Shown in pieces: positions 36,866 to 45,907 of a stretch of 64,000 nucleotides of DNA; the stretch's first letter is position 1, and every line of letters starts with the position of its first letter. The stretch is taken from the NCBI GenBank assembly GCA_964513645.1, contig CAZENF010000002.1, positions 73,409 to 137,408 on the forward strand, written 5' to 3'. The notes beneath the pieces are model-generated. The model was not told where the DNA came from. It saw nothing but the letters and a program-made list of their open reading frames with translations, and did no database searches. The translations under genes and the position numbers were made by a program. This stretch comes from an uncultured Candidatus Saccharibacteria bacterium. Its GTDB lineage: Bacteria > Patescibacteriota > Minisyncoccia > 2-02-FULL-40-12 > GWA2-44-9.

Positions 36866-37285
36866 TTAGGAATCCCTTTGCTCCAGATTCGGCTTATTTT
36901 TGAAGAAAAAAAGCTGAATAAGATTAACAACGCCCAAGAACATTAAGAAATCGATAAAGAGCCCCAGGGGGTTAAAATAAACATTACATATTTCATCATT
37001 AATTCTGTCCCAATGGCCATTTACATCCACAGGCAATGGATTAAATGTTTCATAAAATGTTGACTGCAAAGGGGGACAAAATATTGGTTCAAAATCAATC
37101 GAATTTATATGAGGAAAATTGGACGAACTTTCAGCTTCAGATATTTTATTTCTATGCCAGATTATTAGATAGCTCTCAATCGGTAATTTCAATGTGGGAA
37201 ATTCTAAATATGCATTAACTTTAGCGACAGCAATTAATAACAAAATGGAAGTTATAACTAATTTCGGCTTAAAGAATTTAATCAT
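36866..37285 (-). CDS. Hypothetical AT-rich membrane protein
   Basis: N- and C-terminal hydrophobic segments. Start 37285 is preferred because the upstream extension runs through the IS hairpin. Confidence 0.55.
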   Translation of the reverse strand: MIKFFKPKLVITSILLLIAVAKVNAYLEFPTLKLPIESYLIIWHRNKISEAESSSNFPHINSIDFEPIFCPPLQSTFYETFNPLPVDVNGHWDRINDEICNVYFNPLGLFIDFLMFLGVVNLIQLFFFKNKPNLEQRDS

Positions 37286-37297
37286 TTTCAATAACCA

Positions 37298-37525
37298 TCC
37301 TCGCGGCAAGCCGCGAGGTATTACAACAAGGCTAATTGCCCCTTGTGAAGCCTAACGTATTCTTGCTCTTTTCCTTGATTTTTAACATATGTAGTTATAG
37401 CCTCTTCGCTCTTGTGTTTTCCCACGGTTGAAATGAAGTGGACCCCATTCTTAAGACACTGAGTTGATATGTATTTTCATTGTATCAAGACTGCATTTTT
37501 GAGCAAATATCGTCGGCGGCATCTT
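37298..37525 (-). pseudogene. tnpA: Internally deleted IS200/IS605 tnpA remnant with right-end hairpin
   Basis: Minus strand reads FISTVGKHKSEEAITTYVKNQGKEQEYVRLHKGQLALL* (Y1 transposase C-terminus with the catalytic-Tyr helix), then CCTCGCGGCTTGCCGCGAGG. The HUH region is missing. Confidence 0.75.
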
Positions 37526-37595
37526 TAAGGCAGAATGTATCTGCATTGGATTTTCGAGCTTTCCAAACCAAATGCAGATACAAAATCTCAACTAG

Positions 37596-37667
37596 CAGCG
37601 CCACGGGGAATCGAACCCCGATACCAGCCTTGAAAAGGCTGTGTCCTAACCGTTAGACGATGGCGCC
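37596..37667 (-). tRNA. tRNA-Glu(TTC)
   Basis: Cloverleaf with GGCGCCA/TGGCGCT acceptor, CAGCC-TTTTCAA-GGCTG anticodon arm and GGTTCGATTCC. CCA not encoded. Confidence 0.95.
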
Positions 37668-37755
37668 ATATTATATAAGATTATGTCAAAAATTTTACCG
37701 AAATTCAAGAAAAATGACGGCACGTTGCCGTCATTCAAACCCTTAGGTTAAGGAG

Positions 37756-37872
37756 TTATTTATCCTTCGACTTGGCTTTCTCCAGCACCCTCTTACAGTG
37801 AAGGAACAGGTTTACCCTTTCGATGATGGTCATCTGGGGTCCCGCCTGAACAATTTTCTCTTCTTTTTCCAC
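37756..37872 (-). CDS. 38-aa small protein (MEKEEKIVQAGPQMTIIERVNLFLHCKRVLEKAKSKDK)
   Basis: GTG start, AAGGAGG RBS, TTGATT-17-TATAAT promoter (37928-37900) and a hairpin at 37714-37734. Confidence 0.55.
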   Translation of the reverse strand: MEKEEKIVQAGPQMTIIERVNLFLHCKRVLEKAKSKDK

Positions 37873-37990
37873 CCTTAGGCCTCCTTGAAACTTTCGAGTA
37901 TTATACCACCAAATTAAATTAAAATCAATATCTCTATTGACGTTTATTTTTTTCGTATATAATTAAAGAACCCTTTCAAAGGAGTCAGAT

Positions 37991-38176
37991 ATGAGCCAGA
38001 GTGTTCTTGAGCGAACCAAGGTTGATATACAAGAAGCAATGGAATTGGCGGGAGTTTCTCGGAGAACCATTTACAATTGGTTGCGCGATAACAAGGTTGA
38101 GTATGTCAGAACCGCCGGCGGATGTGTAAGAATTTTCACAGATTCACTCTTCAAAGAAGGCAACAAAGCCCAGTAA
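37991..38176 (+). CDS. Excisionase/MerR-like HTH DNA-binding protein
   Basis: EAMELAGVSRRTIYNW...RTAGGCVRI, with AAGGAG RBS. Confidence 0.85.
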   Translation: MSQSVLERTKVDIQEAMELAGVSRRTIYNWLRDNKVEYVRTAGGCVRIFTDSLFKEGNKAQ

Positions 38177-38238
38177 CGAACCGGCCCTTGGACCGGTTTT
38201 TAATTGTAAAAATCCGGAGTTTGTTATAATTTTAAGCC

Positions 38239-39381
38239 ATGAAAATATTAGGAATAGAGACCTCCTGCGATGAAACAGCGGTAGCGATGCTTGAGATAAA
38301 CGATAAGGAAATCAAAGTCCTGGCCAATACTATTTCATCTCAAGTAAAACTTCACGCTAAATACGGCGGGGTTGTGCCGAACCTCGCCGCCCGAGAACAT
38401 GTTAAGAACATCGAGCATGTTTTTAAGCTTGCTCTTAGAGAAGCCGGCGTCAAAAGCCTCGAAAAGGAAATAGATCTAATTGCGGTGACTCGCGGTCCAG
38501 GACTGGGTCCGGCCCTCCTGGTCGGAATAACATTTGCCAAAACCTTAGCCTGGAAATACCAGAAACCATTGATAGGAGTTAATCATTTAGAAGGACACAT
38601 TTATTCCAACTGGTTGAAGTCAGTTGGAATAAATTCAAAAATCAAAGGTCAAAATTCTAAATTATTTCCGATACTGAATCTTATCGTTTCAGGCGGACAC
38701 ACCGAACTTGTTTTAATGACCGGTTATGGAAAATACAAGCTTATCGGCGAAACCCTCGACGATGCTATCGGCGAAGCATTCGACAAGGTCGCCCGATTAC
38801 TTGGCCTTGGTTATCCAGGCGGACCCGCCATTTCGCAAAAAGCTGAGAAATGGAATTACCGATCACCAATTTCCAATTTCCAAACAAATTCTAAAATCCA
38901 AATTCCAAAAATTGAATTTCCCAGACCGATGGAAAACTCCAAGGATTATAATTTTTCGTATTCAGGATTAAAAACCTCAGTTCTTTACAAGATTCGCGAT
39001 CTGGAAAAGGCCGGTATAAAAATTAACGATGATGTTAAAAACAAGATCTGTTACGAATTCCAAAAATCAGCCTGCGAAGTCATAATTAAAAAAACCATAA
39101 AGGCCGCTTTAGAATACGAGGTTAAGTCCATATTCCTTGCCGGCGGTGTTTCGGCAAACAAATACCTCCGGACCGAGCTTAGAAAAAGAGCCGAAGAAGC
39201 CGGTTTTAACTATGCCCAGCCTGAATTTGAGTACACCGGCGATAACGCCGCGATGATAGGCCTGGCCGGTTATTTTTCCGCCAAAGGCGGATCCGCCGCT
39301 GGTGGAAATTATAAAAATAAAAAAACCCAAGATTTAACCTGGGATTCTGTCGAAATGGATGCGAACCTCAACATCGGGTAA
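38239..39381 (+). CDS. tsaD: tRNA N6-threonylcarbamoyladenosine transferase
   Basis: ILGIETSCDET, GGVVP, HLEGH, VSGGHT, DDAIGEAFDK, FSYSGLKT and DNAAMI. Confidence 0.97.
   Translation: MKILGIETSCDETAVAMLEINDKEIKVLANTISSQVKLHAKYGGVVPNLAAREHVKNIEHVFKLALREAGVKSLEKEIDLIAVTRGPGLGPALLVGITFAKTLAWKYQKPLIGVNHLEGHIYSNWLKSVGINSKIKGQNSKLFPILNLIVSGGHTELVLMTGYGKYKLIGETLDDAIGEAFDKVARLLGLGYPGGPAISQKAEKWNYRSPISNFQTNSKIQIPKIEFPRPMENSKDYNFSYSGLKTSVLYKIRDLEKAGIKINDDVKNKICYEFQKSACEVIIKKTIKAALEYEVKSIFLAGGVSANKYLRTELRKRAEEAGFNYAQPEFEYTGDNAAMIGLAGYFSAKGGSAAGGNYKNKKTQDLTWDSVEMDANLNIG
39277..39306 (+). repeat. 30-nt in-frame double-hairpin insertion in tsaD (SAKGGSAAGG)
   Basis: TCCGCCAAAGGCGGA followed by TCCGCCGCTGGTGGA. 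Confidence 0.75.
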
Positions 39382-39909
39382 TCAAGCGATCCTTTTTGCT
39401 CGCCACCCCGGTTTAATAATTCCAAGGAGCATTTCAAGGAATGTAGGCGGCTTATGCATTCCTTCTCTTTTATATATCTCTTCATCGTACAGAAGCAATT
39501 TTGTTTTACAGTCGTTACAACGAAGATATATTAATCCTTCCCTAAGACCGTCATTAGAATAGCCATGGGGATAATCAACATTAAGAGCTTGGCATTCTCC
39601 GCAAACGAAAAGATAAAAAGCCGAATGGCCGATCCATCCATCCATGCAATAGAGACCGATGAATTTGGGTTCTTTTGTTGCGATCTGTCTGTTTTCTCGC
39701 GATACATGATAAAGAAAGATGTCTTGATTACAGGAGACAAAAACACATTCCTTACAGCCAGTGTCTTTGTGTTTTGGATTCAGGCGTCCATATTCTTCCT
39801 CGGACAGAGGTATTCTTTGGCCGTTTAGCAAAACCCCGGTAATAGTTCCTCTTTCAAAAACAAAGCAATCAAAATCAGACTTCTCTAACTCTCTGTCCAT
39901 TGTTATCAC
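39382..39909 (-). CDS. Hypothetical protein with CxxC pairs (possible Zn-binding)
   Basis: CKEC, CGEC and CNDC. Confidence 0.6.
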   Translation of the reverse strand: MITMDRELEKSDFDCFVFERGTITGVLLNGQRIPLSEEEYGRLNPKHKDTGCKECVFVSCNQDIFLYHVSRENRQIATKEPKFIGLYCMDGWIGHSAFYLFVCGECQALNVDYPHGYSNDGLREGLIYLRCNDCKTKLLLYDEEIYKREGMHKPPTFLEMLLGIIKPGWRAKRIA

Positions 39910-39956
39910 TCGATTTTTAAGCTACAATAATATCTATAATACCACCTATTCAGCTA

Positions 39957-42122
39957 ATGTCAATCGAACTGCCAAAAGCCTATAATCCTGGAGAAACCGA
40001 AGAAAAAATTTATAAACTCTGGGAAGAGTCCGGTTTTTTTGATCCGGACAAATTGCCAAGGGGCCGCAAAAAACCTTACACGATAATTATGCCTCCACCC
40101 AACGCCAATGCACCACTACACGTTGGTCATGCTTTGGGCTTTGCGATTCAAGATATTCTTATCCGCTATCACCGGATGAAAGGCTTCCAAACTCTCTGGC
40201 TGCCGGGTACCGATCATGCCGGATTTGAAACCCAGGTTGTTTTTGAAAAGTATCTTGAGAAGAATGGTAAGAGCCGCTTCAATATGACCCGAGAAGAATT
40301 CTACAAAGAGTGCTGGGATTTTGTTCAGAACAACAAGCACATCAGCGAGAACGGCATGAAGCGCTTGGGTGCATCTTGCGACTGGTCAAGAAATATTTTT
40401 ACTCTTGACCCGGAAGTGATCAAAGTAGTTTATTCTACCTTTAAAAAAATGTATAACGACGGCCTGGTTTATCGATCCGGCCGAATATCTAATTGGTGTC
40501 CCAAGCATCAGACGGGCCTGGCCGACCTTGAAACAAAATATGAAGAAAGAACGGAGCCGTTTTATTATTTCAAATACGGGCCTTTTATTATTGGTACTTC
40601 CCGACCTGAAACAAAATTCGGGGACAAATACGTCGTAATGCATCCGGACGACAAAAGATACAAGGATTACAAGGAAGGAGATAAATTCAAGCTCGAATGG
40701 ATTAACGGCCCGGTTGAAGCAACCGTCATTAAGGATGAGGTGATAGACATGTCCTTCGGCACCGGCGTTATGACCATTACTCCGGCTCATGACCCTGTTG
40801 ACTTTGAAATAGCCCAGCGCCACAAACTTGATGTTGAAAAAGTTATAGACGCCAGGGGGAAATTATTGCCGATTGCCGGAGAATTCGCAGGAATGAAAAT
40901 ACTCGAGGCCCGACCGAAAATAGTTGAAAAACTTAAATCAAAAGGTCTGCTTGAAAAAATAGACGAGAATTATAAGCACAGCGTCAAACTCTGCTACAAG
41001 TGCGGCAATCTTATCGAACCCCAGATAGTTGAACAGTGGTATATTAAAATGACCGAAAAATTAAAAGACGAGCGGCCATCGTTGCGAGATATGGCCGTTC
41101 AGACGGTTGAATCAGGTGAAGTAAAGTTTAACTCGGAAAGATTTTATAATCTTTTCATGAGCTGGATGAAAGAGCTCCGTGACTGGCCGATAAGCCGCCA
41201 GATATGGTGGGGAATTCCCATACCCGTCAAATATTGCGACAAGTGTTCTAAAACTTTTGTCGATACAGAGAACAAAATAAACAAATGCTCGAATTGTAAC
41301 GGCGAATTAAGAAACGACCCGGATACATTTGATACCTGGTTCTCTTCGGGTCAATGGCCGTATGCGACATTGATGGCCAATGACGCAAAGAATAAGAGCA
41401 AAGATTTTGACACATTTTTCCCGACCCAAGTCATGGAAACTGGCTGGGATATAATATTTTTCTGGGTTGCACGGATGATAATGCTTTCGTTCTACAGCAC
41501 CGGCAAAAAACCTTTCGAGAACGTAGTCCTTCACGGCTTGGTCAGAGATAAGGATCGCCAGAAGATGTCCAAATCCAAAGGCAACGTCATCGACCCTCTT
41601 GGCGTCATCGACACTTATGGCTCGGACGCACTTCGCTTTGCTCTGGTATTTTCTACAGCGGCCGGAAACGACATTCCTCTCTCGGAAGACAAGATAAAAG
41701 GCATGCAGCACTTTGCCAACAAACTCTGGAACATCGCCCGCTTCATACTTATGGACAATACGGCTGAGGTCATGGAAAAAACGCCTGAAGCTCTAACCAA
41801 GGCCGACCAAGAAATTTTAACTGCTTTGAAAACAGAAACAGAAGCGATAACCAAAAATCTTGAGATATTTAATTTTCACCAGGCCGCCCAAGAAATATAT
41901 CAGTTCGCCTGGCACAACTTTGCCGATATTTATCTTGAAGCATCCAAACCCCAGCTCAAGGACAACAAACAGAAAGAAAATACCCAGAAGATACTTCTCT
42001 ATACCTTATCACAAATCCTCAAACTCCTTCATCCTTTCATGCCTTTCGTGACTGAAGAACTCTGGTCAAAACTGCCCATGAAAAATAAAGGGCTTCTGAT
42101 TGTTGAAGAGTGGCCCCGATAG
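39957..42122 (+). CDS. valS: Valine--tRNA ligase (compact, no C-terminal coiled coil)
   Basis: PPPNANAPLHVGH, DHAGFETQ, ITPAHD, ISRQIWWG, DTWFSS and KMSKS. Confidence 0.97.
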   Translation: MSIELPKAYNPGETEEKIYKLWEESGFFDPDKLPRGRKKPYTIIMPPPNANAPLHVGHALGFAIQDILIRYHRMKGFQTLWLPGTDHAGFETQVVFEKYLEKNGKSRFNMTREEFYKECWDFVQNNKHISENGMKRLGASCDWSRNIFTLDPEVIKVVYSTFKKMYNDGLVYRSGRISNWCPKHQTGLADLETKYEERTEPFYYFKYGPFIIGTSRPETKFGDKYVVMHPDDKRYKDYKEGDKFKLEWINGPVEATVIKDEVIDMSFGTGVMTITPAHDPVDFEIAQRHKLDVEKVIDARGKLLPIAGEFAGMKILEARPKIVEKLKSKGLLEKIDENYKHSVKLCYKCGNLIEPQIVEQWYIKMTEKLKDERPSLRDMAVQTVESGEVKFNSERFYNLFMSWMKELRDWPISRQIWWGIPIPVKYCDKCSKTFVDTENKINKCSNCNGELRNDPDTFDTWFSSGQWPYATLMANDAKNKSKDFDTFFPTQVMETGWDIIFFWVARMIMLSFYSTGKKPFENVVLHGLVRDKDRQKMSKSKGNVIDPLGVIDTYGSDALRFALVFSTAAGNDIPLSEDKIKGMQHFANKLWNIARFILMDNTAEVMEKTPEALTKADQEILTALKTETEAITKNLEIFNFHQAAQEIYQFAWHNFADIYLEASKPQLKDNKQKENTQKILLYTLSQILKLLHPFMPFVTEELWSKLPMKNKGLLIVEEWPR

Positions 42123-42202
42123 AAGTAAAGCGACCGCATCACTCTTTAAATGAGGAAATATCGGTTATGCGGACTTCTAACGGGGCTTGCCTCGTTAGAA
42201 GT
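42114..42202. repeat. Third TTAGAAGT-family TIR element, supplying the valS stop codon
   Basis: CCCCGATAGAAGT...ACTTCTAACGGGG plus an extra arm CTCGTTAGAAGT. No clean target duplication. Confidence 0.7.
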
Positions 42203-42216
42203 GTTATAATTAATGT

Positions 42217-42963
42217 GTGCCTCCATTTCTCTATAATATCCTCCTCGTAATCCTCGGTTTTTTGCCCAGTTTGATCTGGCTTAATTTTTATTACCGGGAA
42301 GATTGCCATCCCGAACCCAAGACTCTTTTGGCCAAAGTTTTTTTGATGGGAATCATAATATCTCCCATCGCAATAGTTCTGCAGCTGATTTCAGTCAAAT
42401 GCAGCGAATTAAGCATCCATAACTTATGTTTTCCGACCGGGATATTCTTATCGAGCAGTCCTGAGTTTTTTCTCTGGTCGGCTTTCGTCGAAGAAATGGT
42501 CAAATACTACGCGGTCAGAATAATGGTCATAAAGCGACCCGAATTCGATGAACCGATAGACGCAATGATATATATGATGACCGCCTCTCTTGGTTTTGCC
42601 GCAATCGAGAACACTCTGATCGCCTTTCAAACCACGCCCGACGGAGTAGCGGTTACCGTAAACACTTTGCTCCTGCGTTTCGTTGGAGCAACTTTGCTTC
42701 ATGCACTTTCAAGTGGACTATTGGGGTATTTCCTGGCAATCTCCTGGTTCTTCCAGAATCACCGCAAAAAACTTCTCGTCGTTGGTATATTTTTGGCGAC
42801 CCTGTTCCACTTTACCTTCAACATGCTGATATTTATTTTTGACGGCCAGGTCGTGGCACTTCTTTATACCACTTCCCTACTGTTAGCCATGGCGTTTCTC
42901 GTCTCTGTCCTTTTCGACAAACTAAAAGACAGGACATCAAAAGCCCCCTTTGCGATAAATTAA
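42217..42963 (+). CDS. PrsW-family intramembrane metalloprotease
   Basis: VEEMVK, GFAAIEN, LLHA and LFHFTFN; multi-TM. Confidence 0.92.
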   Translation: MPPFLYNILLVILGFLPSLIWLNFYYREDCHPEPKTLLAKVFLMGIIISPIAIVLQLISVKCSELSIHNLCFPTGIFLSSSPEFFLWSAFVEEMVKYYAVRIMVIKRPEFDEPIDAMIYMMTASLGFAAIENTLIAFQTTPDGVAVTVNTLLLRFVGATLLHALSSGLLGYFLAISWFFQNHRKKLLVVGIFLATLFHFTFNMLIFIFDGQVVALLYTTSLLLAMAFLVSVLFDKLKDRTSKAPFAIN

Positions 42964-42982
42964 AATTTTTATATAATTAGAT

Positions 42983-43366
42983 ATGCCAGATTTCGGATTT
43001 GAAAAAGAAGAAATTGTCGGCCAGCTCGCGGTCAAGAAAGAAGATAAGGAAGAGGGCCATTTAACCGTCGACGTTTTTCAGAACGGAGATGATATTGTTG
43101 TCCGTTCAACCGTGGCCGGCGTTAATCCTGACGATATAGACATTTCGATAACCAAAGACATGGTTACGATAAGAGGTCAGCGTAAGACCGAGGAAAAAAT
43201 AAACTCCTCTGACTACTATCACCGCGAGCTCTATTGGGGCTCTTTCTCCAGATCCATAATCCTTCCTTTTGATATCGACCCGGATAACGCTAAGGCCTCG
43301 ATGAAAAACGGAGTTCTGACCATCCGTCTGCCGAAAGCTGAACTTGGTCCGCCGGGTAGCAAATAA
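42983..43366 (+). CDS. Hsp20/alpha-crystallin small heat shock protein
   Basis: VDVF, AGVNPDDIDI, WGSFSRSIILP and NGVLTIRLPK. Confidence 0.95.
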   Translation: MPDFGFEKEEIVGQLAVKKEDKEEGHLTVDVFQNGDDIVVRSTVAGVNPDDIDISITKDMVTIRGQRKTEEKINSSDYYHRELYWGSFSRSIILPFDIDPDNAKASMKNGVLTIRLPKAELGPPGSK

Positions 43367-43378
43367 TCCTTACCTCAA

Positions 43379-44545
43379 ATGCCACGCTTCGGTAAAAATA
43401 CAATTACCTTGATCCAATATACTCTCGTTGTCGGCGGGAGTTTTTATTTAGGCGCCTTTCTCTACACTTATATCAGTTTTGATGAAAAAGTAATTAATAC
43501 TGTTTCTATAAAAAAATTCCAGCCTGCCCTTGATAAAGCGTCCGGAATGAATATTACCCTGAACGCGGGCAATACAAGCGAGGTTCTGAAAAGTGATGAT
43601 ATTAAAAAAATGATCGAGCCCTACGTCCGGAATTATACGGGGGAAAAAGACGAAAAAATATCTTATTCTGCCCTTGAAGATTATGTCGAATCTATTGCCG
43701 CTAACTTTGATATTCAGCCAGTAAACGCAAAACTTCGCTTTCAAGATAACCGGGCCGACATATTCACTCCTTCAATAAGCGGTAAGCGGCTTAATATCGG
43801 CGGTTCGGTTGCCACCATCGCCTACGCTCTGGTAAACAATACTGCCTCGGTCAGTTTGCCTTATGACACAATAGAACCTGACGTCACTCTCGAAAAAATT
43901 AACGACTTAGGTATCAAAACTCTCCTTGGTCGAGGAGAATCAGATTATGGAAGGTCGTCCGTTTCAAGAATAACCAACATTAAGATAGGTCTGGGTAAAT
44001 TCAACGGTATTATTTTGGCATCGGGAGAAGAGTTCTCATTCAACAAATTCCTCGGCGATGTGGATGAAACGGGCGGCTATCAGTCAGAACTAGTCATAAA
44101 AAGCGGTCTCTTGGTCAAAGAGTTCGGCGGCGGATTGTGCCAAGTTGCAACAACAGTTTTTCGTTCAGCGATAATGGCCGGCCTTCCAATAACAGAGCGC
44201 AAACCTCATTCATTTCCGGTCCATTACTACAATCCCCAGGGTTATGACGCAACAATTTACCCGGGAGTCGTTGACCTAAAATTCTTAAATAACACTTCCG
44301 GTCATATCCTTATCCAAGCGAAACTTGTCGGCAGCAGATTAGTGGTAGAGATTTACGGTTCGGAGGATGGGAGAAAGGTTGTGCTCGACGGACCTTATCA
44401 ATATGATGCAAAGCCAAATGGAGCTTTAAAAGCTTATTTTAACCGGATAATAAGTTATTCTGATGGCACTCAAAAGAAAGAACGTTTCGATTCGAGTTAC
44501 AATCCCCCGCCTGCCTCGCCTCTTGAAAAAAATCCGCTTGAGTAG
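43379..44545 (+). CDS. VanW-family protein with peptidoglycan-binding region
   Basis: FSFN, GGGLCQVATT, ERKPHS, DATIY and DLKFLN; N-terminal TM. Confidence 0.92.
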   Translation: MPRFGKNTITLIQYTLVVGGSFYLGAFLYTYISFDEKVINTVSIKKFQPALDKASGMNITLNAGNTSEVLKSDDIKKMIEPYVRNYTGEKDEKISYSALEDYVESIAANFDIQPVNAKLRFQDNRADIFTPSISGKRLNIGGSVATIAYALVNNTASVSLPYDTIEPDVTLEKINDLGIKTLLGRGESDYGRSSVSRITNIKIGLGKFNGIILASGEEFSFNKFLGDVDETGGYQSELVIKSGLLVKEFGGGLCQVATTVFRSAIMAGLPITERKPHSFPVHYYNPQGYDATIYPGVVDLKFLNNTSGHILIQAKLVGSRLVVEIYGSEDGRKVVLDGPYQYDAKPNGALKAYFNRIISYSDGTQKKERFDSSYNPPPASPLEKNPLE

Positions 44546-44551
44546 TTAACA

Positions 44552-44690
44552 GTGCCCTCGAGAGGATTTGGCCACAATAAAAGAGCTTGCCGTCGCAAGC
44601 TCTTTTTCTCAGCCCCGGCTCGTGGCGGTCATCTGCTGATGACCGCATCGCTCCGCCTTTCAAATCCTGGCACAATCAATCAATTGATTG
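44552..44690 (-). mobile_element. Mini-element at tRNA-Leu 3' end (antisense plus direct copy of target)
   Basis: GTGCCCTCGAGAGGATTTG (44552-44570) repeats 44690-44708. TTCAAATCCT-GGCAC (44659-44673) is inverted relative to the tRNA end. Internal hairpins. Confidence 0.78.
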
Positions 44691-44774
44691 TGCCCTCGAG
44701 AGGATTTGAACCTCTAATCCCTTACGGGAACAGCGTCCTAAGCGCTGCGCGTATGCCAATTCCGCCACGAGGGC
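44691..44774 (-). tRNA. tRNA-Leu(TAG)
   Basis: GCCCTCG/CGAGGGC acceptor, CAGCG-CTTAGGA-CGCTG anticodon arm, long variable arm and GGTTCAAATCC. Confidence 0.95.
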
Positions 44775-44809
44775 ATAATTCAATATTTTACCATAAATTT
44801 TCTAAAAGT

Positions 44810-44836
44810 AAAAACCCCGCCGTGGCGGGGTTTTTA
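44810..44836. terminator. Terminator after pilin-like gene
   Basis: AAAAACCCCGCC-GT-GGCGGGGTTTTT. Confidence 0.75.
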
Positions 44837-44858
44837 CTTAATCAGTACTGATTAAACG

Positions 44859-45230
44859 TTAGACGTTGAAGAACTGGGTCCAGTTGACCAATGAGGCCAA
44901 GGTCTGGAGGATCAAACCGACAGCCAAGACTACCAAGGCGCCAATGATACCATTGACGATCCTCGATTTGGCTGCACCTGATTTTGATGAATCATCTCCA
45001 GCGGACATATAGCTGATACCGCCCCAAACAATGAATATAACGGCGATAACGACGCTGACAAATATCAGAAACCGTGCAATCGTCGTAATAACACCCTGGA
45101 TATCAAGCAACGTGACAGGTGCTCCGGCATAAGGTGATGTGGGAGTCGGCAATCCCTGGGCCAAGACAAATGCGGGTAATAAAGCTAAGGCTGTCGCGAT
45201 GGAAACTTTCGCTACTCTGTTTAATTTCAA
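44859..45230 (-). CDS. TrbC/VirB2-like (CPR T4SS-type) pilin
   Basis: Signal peptide, two TM helices and the GG..Y..AG...AKSRIVNGIIG pattern. TTG start after GGAGGTG. Confidence 0.8.
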   Translation of the reverse strand: MKLNRVAKVSIATALALLPAFVLAQGLPTPTSPYAGAPVTLLDIQGVITTIARFLIFVSVVIAVIFIVWGGISYMSAGDDSSKSGAAKSRIVNGIIGALVVLAVGLILQTLASLVNWTQFFNV

Positions 45231-45403
45231 ACTAATACACCTCCGTTCATTTTTTTGTTTTATTTCTACTATTTTATTATACAAAATAGACTTGGTAATG
45301 GTAGTCTAATAATCAACAACCCCCGCTGTAAGCGGGGGTTGTTTAAAGAAACCTAGATCCAGGCACCTATTACCGGGAGTAGCTAGCTAACCCCGGATAG
45401 GTA

Positions 45404-45778
45404 CTAGACGTTGAAGAAGACCGTCCAGTTGACCAATGAGGCCAAGGTCTGGAGGATCAAACCGACAGCCAAGACTACCAAGGCGCCAATGATACCATTG
45501 ACGATCCTCGATTTGGCTGCACCGGCTTTGGCGGCATCGTCACCTGCCATCATGTACATCATACCGCCCCAAACGATGAAGATAACAGCTACTACGACGC
45601 TAACCAGGATCAAAAACCTGGCAATAGTCGTAATGATACCCTGGATATCAACCAAGGTGATCGGCTGGCCGGCATACGGTGATGTCGGGGTCGGCAATTG
45701 GGCAAAAACCAATGCCATCGGCATCAACGCCATAGCGGCTGCGACTGAAACCTTCGCAACTGATTTAAATTTTGTCAT
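45404..45778 (-). CDS. TrbC/VirB2-like pilin (close paralogue)
   Basis: Near-identical C-terminal half to 44859-45230; GGAGGTG RBS. Confidence 0.82.
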   Translation of the reverse strand: MTKFKSVAKVSVAAAMALMPMALVFAQLPTPTSPYAGQPITLVDIQGIITTIARFLILVSVVVAVIFIVWGGMMYMMAGDDAAKAGAAKSRIVNGIIGALVVLAVGLILQTLASLVNWTVFFNV

Positions 45779-45907
45779 ATGTACACCTCCCTTCGAAGCG
45801 TACCTTCTTAAAAGGCCGCTCTTTTTAATAAAATCCCTATTTCATATTATATCACCTTTACAACGAAAAATATCAACAAGCTAAAAACTTAGGAGATTTA
45901 AATCTTT

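Noticed and set aside
34915-36866. CRISPR array
   Set aside because: Only three repeat copies, spaced hundreds of bases apart with whole genes between them, and no cas genes.
33055-38176. Prophage or integrative element
   Set aside because: No integrase, replication or structural genes, and no direct repeat of the tRNA-Glu 3' end was found.
44439-44851. ORFs 44439-44675 and 44552-44851
   Set aside because: They overlap tRNA-Leu and its flanking element.
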